The translations under genes were made by a program, and so were the position numbers. The notes below the pieces were generated by a model. It was not told where the DNA came from, ran no database searches, and saw nothing but the letters and a program-made list of their open reading frames with translations. Shown here in pieces: positions 25,374 through 38,621 of a stretch of 64,000 nt of DNA (within the stretch, counting starts at the first letter, position 1; each line of letters starts with the position of its first letter). This stretch comes from Octopus bimaculoides (taxonomy: Eukaryota): positions 46,693,336-46,757,335 of the forward strand of contig NC_068988.1 of assembly GCF_001194135.2 (NCBI RefSeq). Reading direction: 5' to 3'.

Positions 25374-25736
25374 TTGGCACTCCGTCGCTTACGACGTCGA
25401 GGGTTCCAGTTGCTCCGATCAACGGAACAGCCTGCTCGTGAAATTAACGTGCAAATGTCTGAGCACTCCACAGACACGTGTACCCTTAACGTAGTTCTCG
25501 GGGATATTCAGCGTGACAAGGCTGACCCTTTGAATTACAGGCACAACAGAAACAGAAGTAAGAGAAAGTTGTGGTAAAAGAATACAGCAGGGTTCGCCAC
25601 CATCCCCTGCCGGAGCCTCGTGGAGCTTTAGGTGTTTTCGCTCAATAAACACTCACAACGCCCGGTCTGGGAATCGAAACCGCGATTCTATGACCGCGAG
25701 TCCGCTGCCCTAACCACTAGGCCATTGCGCCTCCAC
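25374..25736 (-). mobile_element. tRNA-derived SINE, family B, full length, young
   Basis: Near-identical reverse complement of 60008-60392. Confidence 0.92.
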
Positions 25737-25861
25737 ACATATGTATATACATATATATATATAAACACATGCATATAATTATATGTTTATGTATGTGTGT
25801 CTGTGTGTGTGAATAAATACACATACACGCGCATATAGTTCAGAGTAGACAACACTCGGTA

Positions 25862-25909
25862 GTGAAGACAATTCGTGTTGTCAATGTGAAGACAATTCGT
25901 GTTGTCAAT
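25862..25909. repeat. Perfect 24-bp tandem duplication
   Basis: GTGAAGACAATTCGTGTTGTCAAT x2. Confidence 0.9.
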
Positions 25910-27138
25910 GTCCAGTAATTAAGTCCGACAGATTCGTATGAATTCTGTATCACTAAACTACGGTTTTTGTACTCAAAGACATACACACATAGATGCGCAT
26001 AAAAATATACACACAGAAACTGACATAAGTACAGCGACACAGAAAAGCATAGAAAAAAAAAAGCAGATAAGAGAAATTTAATATGAATTTCTTTTATAAT
26101 CCATCCCTAATATACTTGTTTAAACATTTTGAAGAAAGAAAAATCTTTCATAAAGGCCTCATAATTATGAGTATTCAGTTAACCTCAAACGATGCTAAAC
26201 ATAGAAACATAGAAACAGAAACAGTCAAGTCAAAACAATAACAATTTTAAAGTTATTATTGTTATTATCCAGCCAAAATTTTATACTGAGAATAAACAAA
26301 ATTTTGACATTCAGTTGATTCTCTTGTTCTCGAAGATTCGTTATAAATAATAAAAATTCATTGAGATATGTAAACATCTCATCAATTTCACACGCTACAG
26401 TGAATTGTCTTTAGAAGACCTTTCTATAAGACTTTTGTATGAAGTTAGTTGTGAAAATGAAAAATAAAAAAATAAAGCTAAAAATTAAAAGACAGAGACA
26501 GAAGAAGCTGCATAAAACAAGATAATTAAAGAATCAAATGAATTTATTGAAACATAAAACTACAATGCTGTTCTTAATTTAGAATGTCATGTGTAATGTG
26601 CAATGGAAGAAAAAAAGTTTTTCAATGAACATTTACAGTAATGTTATTATGAAACAAATTTTTATCACTTCGTTCTTGTAAAAAGTTTTCGCTAGAAAGT
26701 TTACTTTGGTGTATCAAATAGAAAAATTGAAAAAAAATCTAAGCCCTTTATGTATGCATATGGACTTCTGTATACTCACGTAATTGTGCGTACGTCTACA
26801 GATTGTAGAGTAACATCATCATATATGTATAAGTAAGTAAATGTATATACATACATATACATATAGGTGTATATATGCATATATATATATATATGTGTGT
26901 AAGTATGTATTTACATATGCACACACATACACACACATAAAATACAGTAATCTGTATATGCAACTCAAAACATCTTTTAAATTACGATAGCCATGTATGT
27001 AATATTTATTGTGCTTAATGAATATAGATCGTTGAATGACAAGTTACTGAGGTAATCGTCTGTGATAACAACTCTTATAGATGTGGTGTTTTTAAAATAT
27101 ACATATACATACATACATAAATACATACATATACATAC

Positions 27139-27183
<45 letters not shown>

Positions 27184-27751
27184 NNNNNNNNNNNNNNNNN
27201 NNNNNNNNNNNNNNNNNNNNNNNNNNNNNNNNNNNNNNNNNNNNNNNNNNNNNNNNNNNNNNNNNNNNNNNNNNNNNNNNNNNNNNNNNNNNNNNNNNNN
27301 NNNNNNNNNNNNNNNNNNNNNNNNNNNNNNNNNNNNNNNNNNNNNNNNNNNNNNNNNNNNNNNNNNNNNNNNNNNNNNNNNNNNNNNNNNNNNNNNNNNN
27401 NNNNNNNNNNNNNNNNNNNNNNNNNNNNNNNNNNNNNNNNNNNNNNNNNNNNNNNNNNNNNNNNNNNNNNNNNNNNNNNNNNNNNNNNNNNNNNNNNNNN
27501 NNNNNNNNNNNNNNNNNNNNNNNNNNNNNNNNNNNNNNNNNNNNNNNNNNNNNNNNNNNNNNNNNNNNNNNNNNNNNNNNNNNNNNNNNNNNNNNNNNNN
27601 NNNNNNNNNNNNNNNNNNNNNNNNNNNNNNNNNNNNNNNNNNNNNNNNNNNNNNNNNNNNNNNNNNNNNNNNNNNNNNNNNNNNNNNNNNNNNNNATATA
27701 GTCTATAGTAGATACTATGGAGATTTATATATATATGTATATATACCTCCC

Positions 27752-27799
<48 letters not shown>

Positions 27800-28277
27800 A
27801 AAGCAGCTTTGCTGGGAAAGAAAGCACGTAATGCGGAGATGGATAATCATAGAAAGAATCATTGGTAAGAGAATGTGAGACGGAAGTTTTTAAAATTTTA
27901 TTGATTTTATAATCGAATAGGGCTACTTTTTAGTTTAGTGCAATGCATATTGTGCTCTTTTATGAAGATTTTGATAACATTTTATAGCATACTAATTTAT
28001 TATAACGGTTTTTGCATAGGTCATGAACAGAATTTTATTGTGATACTGTATTATACAAGATGATAATGGATCGCCCTGTCTGATGGTGCTTGAGTGGTTA
28101 CAATCATATATGTATGTATATATATATATATATATATGAGCCTTGAGTGAGATGAGAAAAGATAAATATTATTAGTTTAAGCGGCAAATCATTTATAAGT
28201 GCTTATTGTGATAGTTTAAATTTCCTCACCCTCTTTGTGGTTAAATAGTAACGTGGTCACCTGATACATAGCACATA

Positions 28278-29068
28278 CAGAGTGTTCGGGCTAAATTTGA
28301 CATTTATCTGACATCTTCTTTTGCACGAGCAGCTTGATATATTGGAGAACATAAATAGTAAATTTGTAGCTGAGAAAACGTTAGCTGACATGGAGGAATG
28401 GAAGCCATCTGAATATTGGAAATGAGTTATCTGTGTCATGACAATACCCACCAGGTTTTAAAATGTCGACATTATGGCTGCTGGCCAATGTTCTTTCGAC
28501 ATTGTAAAGGGCGTTAGACATGATATGGAAAGCTGCAACGGTGACTTCGAAGTCTTGGTTTGCACGAAGGGACACAGCAGGCGTTCTGACTACGTCCAGA
28601 CGCTGACTTTCATCCCATTCATCAACACATTTTTGAACAGGGTCTTAGGCTCGACTCAGATGGCAACCTGAAGCTGCTGGAGACTGTGTTCAGTCTTTGG
28701 CTCGAGATGGCCGCTGCTGAAGACTTTATATCAGGATTCGGCTCTTTACCATACCTCCGGCAAACGTCAGAAGTGGTTGTTGGAGAATTTCTACAACTTC
28801 ACCAGCCCCAATTTCTGCCTTCCAAATTCTCCCGATTGTAATAACATAGATTACTATGTGTAATCAAACTGCTCTGCCTGCAACACCAAGGCTGAGCTAG
28901 CGGCTAAGATCAAGATGTTCGAAAATCTTCCTAACAATGCAAAAGGAAACTCATGCGCCCGGTTCCAGAGCTGTCTTGGGGCGGTGGTGGAAACTAAAGG
29001 TGGCTAATTTTAATAAACTTTTATCTTCCAACCGTAATCTAGTCNNNNNNNNNNGCCCGAATACCCAG
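28278..29068 (+). mobile_element. Internally deleted Tc1/mariner-superfamily DNA transposon with TIRs and TA TSD
   Basis: TA|CAGAGTGTTCGGGC ... GCCCGAATACCCAG|TA (11/14 TIR match). N-terminus MEEWKPSEYWK...QCSFDIVK...ESCNGDFE...KGHSRRSD is joined to HIFEQGLRLDSDGNLKLLETV; later frames give QKWLLENFYNFTSPNF..PNSPDCNNIDYYV (PNSPD.N motif) and CARFQSCLGAVVETKGG. Confidence 0.9.
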
Positions 29069-29327
29069 TATGTAGTTCAGTTCTTTTAGGCAGCTCTATT
29101 TATTGTAATATCATGGAAGATACTGGATTAAAAATGTGAAGATCAGGATTTGAAATTTTAATATAATTTTGGTGGGTTATTTTTCCTTTCGAACAGTGAA
29201 GTATTTTGTGATTTGTAAACCTGATAAGAATGCTTGCTCATGTCTAACTGGCAGGCAAAAGGAATAAAGAGGTGACACATATTTCACCAATGCGTACTTT
29301 GATTGCTGGGAAAAGCATCTAACTGGA

Positions 29328-29328
<1 letters not shown>

Positions 29329-29403
<75 letters not shown>
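29329..29403. repeat. (AAT)n microsatellite
   Basis: Direct reading. Confidence 0.95.
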
Positions 29404-29405
<2 letters not shown>

Positions 29406-30228
29406 GGTAATAATTTCTCAGAAAAAAACAGAGTTTAAATGTTTTCTCAAATAGCGTGTGCAACGGAAATAGATATAATGTTGCATCGGCTGAACTCGTA
29501 ACACATTTAATTATCATTGTCTTTTTTAGGGAATAATATGATATTGAATATATTGTTAATTATCTGGGAATAAAAGAAAAAAAATTGGAGTATCTTTTAA
29601 AGTTTCGTACTATGTAGACGTGCTATGGTATAGCGATCTTAAATAAATTGAATTAACACTGGATATTTTCATAGCATATTAAACACAATTTGGAGATATT
29701 TTTTCATAAAGACTCTCATGCTATGACATGAATATAACACCTGTCTCTCACAATAATGCTGATGCATTTTTACAAAGAACCAGGAATTGAGATGCGTTCT
29801 GGAGAAAGAATGCGATCTGATGTATTTCTATCTCTTTCAAAGAATTTAGTGATACCTGTGGTGTAAAATTTCTAGCACCGGGATTAGAAACAGAGTTCTA
29901 GAATCTACCTGCTAAGAGCTTAACTCTGCTCTACGGGTTTTTGAATTTTGTTCCAATATTTAATCTGGAAGGTTCCATAGACATATAAAATGAACTATTT
30001 ATGTCAATTGTATGGCAGCTGTTTCAAGGAAACAGTCATTTCTTGTCAAGATTAGAAGCTTTTCATAGAGGATCAGAGGAAAAGATTAACTGCAGAAGTG
30101 AATCCTTAGTTTAATCCGTTTTATTTAAGGAATTTAAGTAACAGCTTCTCTTTTCGCATTTAGTTTCCATGGAATACATGTGTTCTGGTGTTGAGTATGT
30201 ATTTACATGTTTGTACTTCTATGTGAAT

Positions 30229-30275
<47 letters not shown>

Positions 30276-30915
30276 CACACTACACGCAAAAATCCCACAC
30301 ACATACACATGCATATGTCTTCTTGTTGTACATACTATATATCCTTCAACCTCATATATGTGTATGTATGTACATTATTCATTTATGTATGGACGCATGT
30401 TTTATAAATGAGTGTAGCTGTAAACACGACACATAAATGTATGTGTGAGTGCAGATGTGCATGTGTATGCTTGTATATTATGACTGTTATGATTTGGTTT
30501 GGTTCTAGTCAACAAAGCGTCAAATGTTTGACTAAAAGTTTGTTAGTTCAAATCTTTTCACAAATACCGAGCAGTATTTGTGACCAAGACATTTAAAGTT
30601 CTCTATGGAAGAGTTCATAGTTTACTGCACCAATTAGCAATGTATTACAGCTGCTTTGTATATTTGCTGTTGTCAACGCGACTGCTACCATGGTTACCAG
30701 ACAAATTTGATATTATCAGTACTCCATTATACTCTTTGTAGATGCAGGCTTCATTCAGGAGATACAAAAAATGTGACACTCCTCATCTTTGAACATGGTA
30801 CACTAAAAATCAAATAAACTCACACCTGATTCGCCAATCTGGTTATTACATGAAGAGTTAGCATCATTGCCACATAAAGGTGCTTTACACTAAGGTCATA
30901 TCACAAGAAAGAGAA

Positions 30916-31100
30916 GGCGGCGACCTGGCAGAGTCATTAGCACACCGGGAAAAATGTTTAGCGGCATTTCACCCGTCTTTACGTTCTGAGTTCAAATTCC
31001 ATCGAAGTTGACTTTGCCGTTCATCCTTTCGTGGGCGATAAAATAAGTAACAGTTGAGCAATGGGGTCGATGTAATCGATTTACCCCTGCCTCGAACTTG
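30916..31100 (+). mobile_element. Family C SINE, near full length
   Basis: GGCGGCGACCTGGCAGAGTCATTAGCACACCGGG...TTCTGAGTTCAAATTCCATCGAAGTTGACTTTGCCGTTCATCCTTTCG: tRNA-like head plus family C centre. Confidence 0.82.
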
Positions 31101-31779
31101 CTTGAAGAAAAGATTTAAATGGAGCAAGGGATTTTGGTGATATGTGTTGAAAGCCCACCATAAGAATTTGAGAGACCAACATACTTTCGTGCTCACATGA
31201 AAGTTCTACAGATTATGCAGCTCAGGCTTGTGAAGTGACAATTCGAAAAAGATATATTGGCTTCCTTGTGACAGGGGAATTTTGGAGAGCATGCAGTTGA
31301 TGACTTACGTGGGGGTAACCTTCATTAGTTAAGAGACAAGAACAAAGATTTAGTGATTAGTGAGGTGATGTGTGGGTGTGCTGCAAGTTTTATCTAAATG
31401 CGACACATTCAGTATGGACATGCACACAATGATTTCATAACGAAAGAACTATACGAGAATTATACATATGCAAAGGAAATAGCTTTAGCAAAGATAAATG
31501 ATATAGGGTATGAAACAGTTCAGAAACCTCGATTAACACATAAAACAGAACCATTCCAACCAAAGGCCTGCAACTGAACATGAAGGACTTTAAAAAGAAA
31601 TTTGATATAAACGCCAGTATGAGAATCATTGTTCATCCAAACTGAACATAGAATAACGAATAAACGATAATAAAATGTTTAATCCCAAAAGTAAAGAATC
31701 ATAACCAATTCACCCTTTGGAATGAGATGGATGAAATTTTAGAATGCTTTGACATTCGTAACTAATAATCCTTTCTGCT

Positions 31780-31986
31780 ATAGGATTAGGTCTAACATTT
31801 TTGGGGCGGGGACAAGTTGATTACATCGACCCCAGTACTCACTCAACTTGTACTTATTTTTATCAACCCTGGAAGGATGAAAAGCAAAGTCGACCTCAGC
31901 GGAAGTTGAACTCAGAACGTTAAAACAGAAAAAATGTCGTTGAGTATCTTTCAAGCGTGTTAACGATTCAGCCAACTCGCTGCCTT
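31780..31986 (-). mobile_element. Family C SINE, near full length
   Basis: Reverse complement begins AAGGCAGCGAGTTGGCTGAATCGTTAACACGC and contains GGTCGACTTTGCTTTTCATCCTTCCAGGGTTGATAAAA. Confidence 0.82.
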
Positions 31987-32369
31987 CGAAGTTTTAACTA
32001 ATAATAAGAAAATGAAGTTTCTTCAATTATGTCACCACTAATTTTTCATAAATCACTAATTTTCACAAAGAAAAGTCCTCGATTTAACTAGAGATGAAAT
32101 TGATATAATTATAGTAACTAAGAATAATTTAATTTCTTAACAAGAACTGCAGATTAGAAAGTGAAAAAATGCACGAGTTTTTCCGTCTCTGCAGAAACAA
32201 CAAACAAGGTCATCTGTTCTTATTATGTCAATTTAAGACAAATTCTGAAAAGTTGCTGAAAAATTATACTGAGATTAGACACTTTTAACTGTTAATAACT
32301 TTAAATTTCGGTCATGGAATGATATCTTAAGGTATTATAAAGTTTTCAAGGAATTTAATCTTTCTATGT

Positions 32370-32960
32370 CTTTTAAATCGAATTAAAAAATAAACTTTCT
32401 TGATGTTGCTCTTAACTTTAGTACTGTTTTATACTATCGTTTCCATAAAAATATCGAGAATCCGTATTACGTTCACATATTATTTTACAACATTAACTTT
32501 TTTATTAACAGCTTAGAAATATATCAGTGGGAATCTCTAAGCAGTCAGCCAACAAAGAAATATTGAAAGATTGTGCTTAGTATTATAATGAGGTACTGAA
32601 AAGGAGTGGCTATAAAGATATATTAACTTAGATTTCCTTATTGTTACATAAAAAAATCTAACTTCTATGACAAACTGAGCGAACTGCACTAATACTGAAT
32701 AACCAATTACTATGTACTCAATAAACTGTGATAACAAAAAGTCAAGTAGTGGTAGCACTGACTATCAACTAACCGTAACTAAAACAAAAGTAATAATATA
32801 GTGGAAAAGAAAAAAAAAATCGTAATTAAACATATACCCATAATCACTGTAAATAGAAATCTAAATGGAAGCATAAATATAAACCCCCAAGTTATGGAGA
32901 GATTTCTATTAGCATCTCTAGAAACTGCGGCAATAAGATATCGTCCACACAAAACCTATA
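32370..32960 (+). mobile_element. Decayed Penelope-like retroelement, RT C-terminal/linker region
   Basis: INFLDVALNFSTVLYYRFHK and SANKEILKDCA*YYNEVLKRSGYKD, then a KRK-rich stretch and ISRNCGNKISS, match the PLE pattern V.FLDVTLNL..G.Y.P..KPN...SAN.EIF.....YY..AL..SGY...RKR.IIWF.PP...ISYS.T.N...IISSHN. Confidence 0.72.
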
Positions 32961-33059
32961 TCACATACTACCCATAACTACCACCAGCACCAGTGCACCA
33001 ACATCACCCCCATCACCAAACACCAACAACAACACCACTACCACCACCTCAACTACTTG

Positions 33060-33290
33060 AGGAAAGTGTGGAATCCCAAGAAACAATTATTCCTGTAGTA
33101 CTTAGTGCATTTGGCATAATACACAAAATGCTATTAAAAAGACTAGAACAGGTTGGAATAGAAACTTGCCTTATTGATCAGCAGAAAAGAACCATCCTGT
33201 ATTCTGCAAGAATCCCAAGGAATACTGTTAAGATACGAGGAGACTTGTCACCAGGCATCAAGATGAAATATCTGCTAAATTAGCATGCAC
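33060..33290 (+). mobile_element. R4/Dong-type (restriction-like endonuclease) non-LTR retrotransposon 3' end
   Basis: ETIIPVVLSAFGIIHKMLLKRLEQVGIETCLIDQQKRTILYSARIPRN matches the IP.V.GALG.I...L..L...LQK..IL..A.ILR C-terminus; followed by a (CAA/TAA)n tail to ~33365. Confidence 0.72.
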
Positions 33291-33834
33291 TAGCGCAATA
33301 ACAATAACAATAACAATAATAATAATAACAATAACAATAATGATAATGATAATTATGATAATGAGGATGATATACCTACCAGTATTACTGATAACGATAT
33401 TAAGAACTCCTACCAATATGATATAATAATATAGAAGTAAATAAATCTAATTATATATCTATTGCTAAAAAGCATTCATTTACTGAATAATATGAAAAGA
33501 CAACGATACAAATGATAATAAAATCATAGTTAATAAGGAAAGAGCATTATGAGCAATTGTCTTCGCTCAGTACACAGCGGATTCTAACACTAGTAGTGAT
33601 AATCATAAACATCCACTTGCTGTCCTTCCACCGTCGTCACAACATGAGTCCTCACCAAAGCACACACACGTGCGGCGCACGCACACACACACATACACAC
33701 ATACACACTTACACACACAGGTGCACACATCCACACGTCCACACACATACTCATATGTATATGTAGCCATGCGTGAGGTTAAATGTTTGGCGCTCACCTA
33801 ATCCCTTCCTCCAAAAGTCCCTATACACATACCA

Positions 33835-34330
33835 ACTATACCCCACTCTGATAAGATCGCTGAGGTCTTTTTGGTTGGGGTAGCATGGATTTCTCTTTAG
33901 CTGCCCCTCTGAAATCTGGATCAACGATTTCAAGCTATTCTGGTGTGTTGCTCTCTTCTGAAGGTGGCTGTTCTCTCTTTGTGGGAGTGGGTACTCGGAG
34001 CTCAGGGCAGTGTGGCACTGGGGCGATTGATGACAAAAGGTCTGGATATATGATAGCAGGTGCATTCTTGGCAGCCTGATGATTTGGCAGGCTCAGTCAT
34101 GCAGAAGAAGCAGTTGTTAGAGTGGTCGGTTGCTTCTCTCCAAATTCGTGGGATTGTGAATTCCATGGCTTTCTTTTCTCCTCTGTACCATCCTGAAAAA
34201 GAACACAATAAAACTACAAATATATTACACTTGCTTTCCCAATCATTCATCATTTTCCCTCCATAAAAAAATATTCACGATAACAGATGTATTTCCATTA
34301 GTCATTGTATGGTACTTGATTTCGTATATT
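33835..34330 (-). mobile_element. CMC/Chapaev3-type transposase, N-terminal fragment
   Basis: MEFTIPRIWREATDHSNNCFFCMTEP and KRNPCYPNQKDLSDLIR match the FA.P..WREP.DH..DCYFC and P...NQ..LNDL.RDL motifs of this family. Confidence 0.75.
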
Positions 34331-34356
34331 ATATTTTCATTAAATACAGTATACGA

Positions 34357-34671
34357 GTAACTCCATTTAATTGAACAATGCAATCATTACATTAATTTAA
34401 ATGCAGAGCAATCCTCAGCTGCATAAAGTGACAAGCAAAATCTGTAACAAATATTTCTTCCTGAGTAGCTTCTAGTTTAGTAGCTTCTAAGCTGAAGTGA
34501 AGACAGCAAGTTCTCTGTCTATCTCCTTACCTTCTTGGAGACTTTAAGTAAAAGTATACTAATGTGTCCATCTGTTTTAATTTAATTAGATTCTATGTCT
34601 TTATGCAGCTGAGGATTGCTCTGAATTTAAATTGGTGCGGTGATTGCTTCGTTCAATTAAATGGAGTTGCT
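34357..34671. repeat. Inverted repeat, ~72-bp arms, ~170-bp spacer
   Basis: 34357-34428 (GTAACTCCATTTAATTGAAC...CAGAGCAATCCTCAGCTGCATAAAG) versus the reverse complement of 34599-34671. Confidence 0.85.
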
Positions 34672-34803
34672 TGAAGCGATCGTACTGCATTACCTCTGGA
34701 TACCCTTGTTGCTTATTTTGATTTTAATCACCTTATTTTGAAATTGTATGGATAATACCGTACTAAATTCTAGTGCCTCAACTTAAGTACCATCTGAATC
34801 TAA

Positions 34804-34855
<52 letters not shown>

Positions 34856-36149
34856 TAAATAGTATAATTATTTTAAAAAACATTAATTCAGGTTACAACT
34901 TCATATATAAATATTTTTAGAACATCAATGTTGTAATCACAGAGCCAAAGTTTGTACGCCTGTGTGAATGTGTTCATGAATGGGAGGGCAAACTCCTCCC
35001 CATTTACCTAAGTGTAGTCATTCTTTGATAAGTTGTACTGTTTATAATATATGATTGTATGATTTTAATTCTATGTTATCTATCCAAAAATAACTTCAGC
35101 CGGTCATAACCAAAATACAGCAAGCAAGATCAACACACCTAGGACATCTCAGTATAACTAGCGAGACATCCCCTGTCTTTATGCGTGTACCTTATGTGAC
35201 ACAAACTGCATAGATTGATGCAAAACTATTAGATGCACAAAAACCTACCCATAATGAACAGTTGCAGGAAGAGACGAAACGATCATTGTATTAAATAAAG
35301 GATAGTGCTAAATCTATCAAACATTTTCTTTATCAGTTATCATTATCTCAACGCTGCAGGATTTCTGACGTAGATCCAGCGGATATGCACCCTAGCTGTA
35401 GATGACACCAGGTAACCCAAACTGCGAACGTGCTTTACTCAGCACACTAATTGACATACACCCATTAGTCCAAAAAATTACATATATATATATGTATATA
35501 TGAGTACGAATGAATATCTATGTATAAGTGTGTGCATACATGAATACAGTCAATAAAATTCACACACACACAAATGTGTGTTTAAAATGTGTATGTATGC
35601 ATGTACATACGTACATATGAATATATTGTAACATTTTCAAACATACTGATAGCTCTCTCTAATAATGTAATTTTTCTATATAATTTAGTTCTGCATTGAA
35701 ACATTATTTCCTCTAGTAGCTTGATTGGTTGTCTTTTGTCTTAGTTCATGATAATGTCTAATTTATTTCAAATGTCATTTAAGAAAAGTAAAAAAAATAT
35801 TTGTTTCTATGTGATATTAATTACTTTAAATTTGATTTGTATTCTTAAAAACACCAAGTGTGTGAACAATGAGAAATAGAAGACAGTAGTGGAGTGGAGC
35901 AAATGAGGAATAGAAATAAGTAGGTAATTTGGAAAAGATTTGAGTAATTCTCGTACAGAAATTACTGTATTGAATTGCGGTACATAATCTTAAATCTATA
36001 TCTTCATTGACTGCTTAAATAACTAAATCTTTTCAATGGCTTTTTTGTTTGTTTGTTTATACTTTGAAACAGCTGCAAAATATAAAGATATGTTCCACCT
36101 TATATCTTCTACACACTTAAAGATTGTTTATTACATGTAAATATTTCTT

Positions 36150-36775
36150 TAACAAGCTCACGGGCTAATTGTGATTTCGATGCCTGTTCTAACCCTGTTA
36201 TTCTATATATTGTTTGCAGAGAGATGAGTTGTTTCCACCTCTAACAGTCGAGAGTCCATCATTGACTAGGAGCGATGGGCATCTATCTCCCTGCCAGCAA
36301 CATAAACAAAATTACATTTTGCACCAAAAGCCAATATGAGTTTCTCTCATGGTATCTACCGCAGTATAGTCTGTTCTAACAGAACATCCACTTTTATGTT
36401 GGGATAAATATTACCTCTAAGCATCAATACTGCCTCTGTTTCTAATATATATTTTATAACAAGCTCACTGGCTAATTGTGGTACCAGTGCCTGCTCTGGC
36501 ACTGTTACTCTATACATCGTTGGCAGGGAGATGAATCGTTGCTACATCTAGCAGTCGTGCATTCATCATCGAGAACACCAAGGAAGTCAGTCATGTTATT
36601 CAGTGGTCTCAGCTGTTGAGGTGACGGGGTTTTATCTCCTTGCCTGTGATGTAAACAAGAGAGCACTCTGCACTAAAAAGCCAATAAGAGAATTTCAGAC
36701 ACGGTATCTACCTCATTATACATTTTTAAAACGGAACATCTACGTAAGTGGGGATAGATATTACCTCTCAGTAAA
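36150..36775. repeat. Diverged tandem duplication (two units, ~307-350 bp), each with a long hairpin
   Basis: TAACAAGCTCAC.GGCTAATTGTG at 36150 and 36457; GGTATCTACC...GAACATC...GGGATA.ATATTACCTCT in both units. Confidence 0.8.
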
Positions 36776-36904
36776 TTTAACGACCCATCACATTTGGGGA
36801 CTTGGTGTGTCATAGTCTGGTACTGTATCTTGGGCAAGTTGTGTCCATAATATAGTTTCGATTCTCTCTTTTTGTATACTACTATTGCAGATTTTGCTAT
36901 ACTC

Positions 36905-37400
36905 CTTTACTCTATTACTTGTTTCATTCATTTGACTGTGGCCATGCTGGAGCACCACCTTTAGTCGAGCAAATCGACCCCGGAACTTATTTTTTGGAAG
37001 CCTAGTATTTATTCTATCGGTCTCTTTTGCCAAACCGCTAAGTTACAGGGACGTAAACACACCACCATCGGTTGTCAAGCGATGGTAGGGGGACAAACAC
37101 AGACACACAAACACACATACATANNNNNNNNNNCTAAGTTACAGGGACGTAAACACACCACCATCGGTTGTCAAGCGATGGTAGGGGGACAAACACAGAC
37201 ACACAAACACACATACATATATATATATATATACATATATACGACAGGCTTCTTTCAGTTTCCGCCTACCAAATCCACTCACAAGGCTTTGGTCGGCTCG
37301 AGGCTATAGTAGAAGACACTTGCTCAAAGTGCCACGCAGTGGGACTGAACCCGGATCCATGTGGAAGGTAAGCAAGCTACTTACCACACAGCCACTCCTG
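36905..37400 (-). mobile_element. Family A SINE, full length; duplicated segment across a 10-N gap
   Basis: Head at ~37398, core, microsatellite and 3' part ending GGTGCTCCAGCATGGCCACAGTCAAATATGAATGAAACAAGT. Confidence 0.9.
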
Positions 37401-38621
37401 CGGCTATAAATAATTTATTTTTCATATCTCTATTAGATATTTTTCCTTGCAAAGACAATATGTATTGCGTGTTACCAACTAGATTAGAGAGTCTCAGTGT
37501 GTTTGTGTGAGTGCATAAAATATGATGTGGGGGGCATTTTGTGACACCGTGACACAGAGCAGAGTCGGTGATTTTTCAAAATATTGAAACTGTAACATTG
37601 AGTGAATGATAATAGTGATAATACTGGATTAAACAAGTATGAAGTTAGGATTTTGATATTAAGGCAATAATTTGTTGAATGGTTTCAGATAATTTGACAT
37701 TCTAAATGAAAATAAATGAATAAGATCAGCAAAATGCGTTTGTTCAGCTTCGGTACAGTTTTGCCATGTGACTATAAATTATTGAGAAAAACAAAGCATG
37801 AGGATATTCTAACGATGGTTTCTGCTGATTTTGGAAAAATTTCTCACTCACCCAATCTCTTTCCTTTCCCCTTTTCCCTTTTTCTCTTTTGCCCTCTCTC
37901 TCCCTCCCTCACACACTCTCTCTCTCTCTCTTTCTCTCTCACACACACACGCACACACAAATGCATACAGCTGCCAAATTATTTATATATGTATTTGACA
38001 TTGTTCAGGTCTGGCAACTACCATACTTGGCTTATAATTACTTAATTGTCAAGAAAGCTGCATTGAGCAAGTGTGTTAAGCTTAAAATTAAGTGAATAAT
38101 TAATATTTCTATTACTTTATCATTATTTAAGGTTTCCTTTAATTGCGAGAAATTCTATATGTGCTCTCACTATCGGACTCCATGCAAACTTGACTGATTC
38201 TTAAGGATAATATATAAATATCTGTATATATCTTTCTCTCTCTCTTTTTCTCCCCATCACTCTTTCCTTCTCTCTCTCTCTCTTTCTCTCTTCCTCTCTA
38301 TCTGAAAATTCATTTAAACAAGTAATCAGAAATTTTAGTTCTGGTGACTCATAATTAAGACATAGCATCACCCAATTTTTAAAAAATATTTCTGCAATAT
38401 ATGAGTGCACTTAGTTTAAGCTAAGTGAATAATTATTATTTCAGTTGCTTTTATTCTGGATAATAAGTGGGTAGGAGTAGAAATCGAGGCCTCTTCAAGT
38501 CATAGATAATATAGCTTGTCCAAGAGAATAGTAAAAATTTATACAGGAAAGAGAAGACATGTCAGTCTTGTTTAACAACTTCTCTAGTGTGAATGACATT
38601 ATACGTACATGCATACATACA

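Noticed and set aside
25862-25909. Palindromic 24-bp direct repeat resembling a CRISPR repeat
   Set aside because: Only two copies, no spacer, eukaryotic context, no cas genes
32993-33283. Pro/Thr/His-rich 96-aa ORF
   Set aside because: (CCA)-type repeat fused to the R4/Dong C-terminal relic
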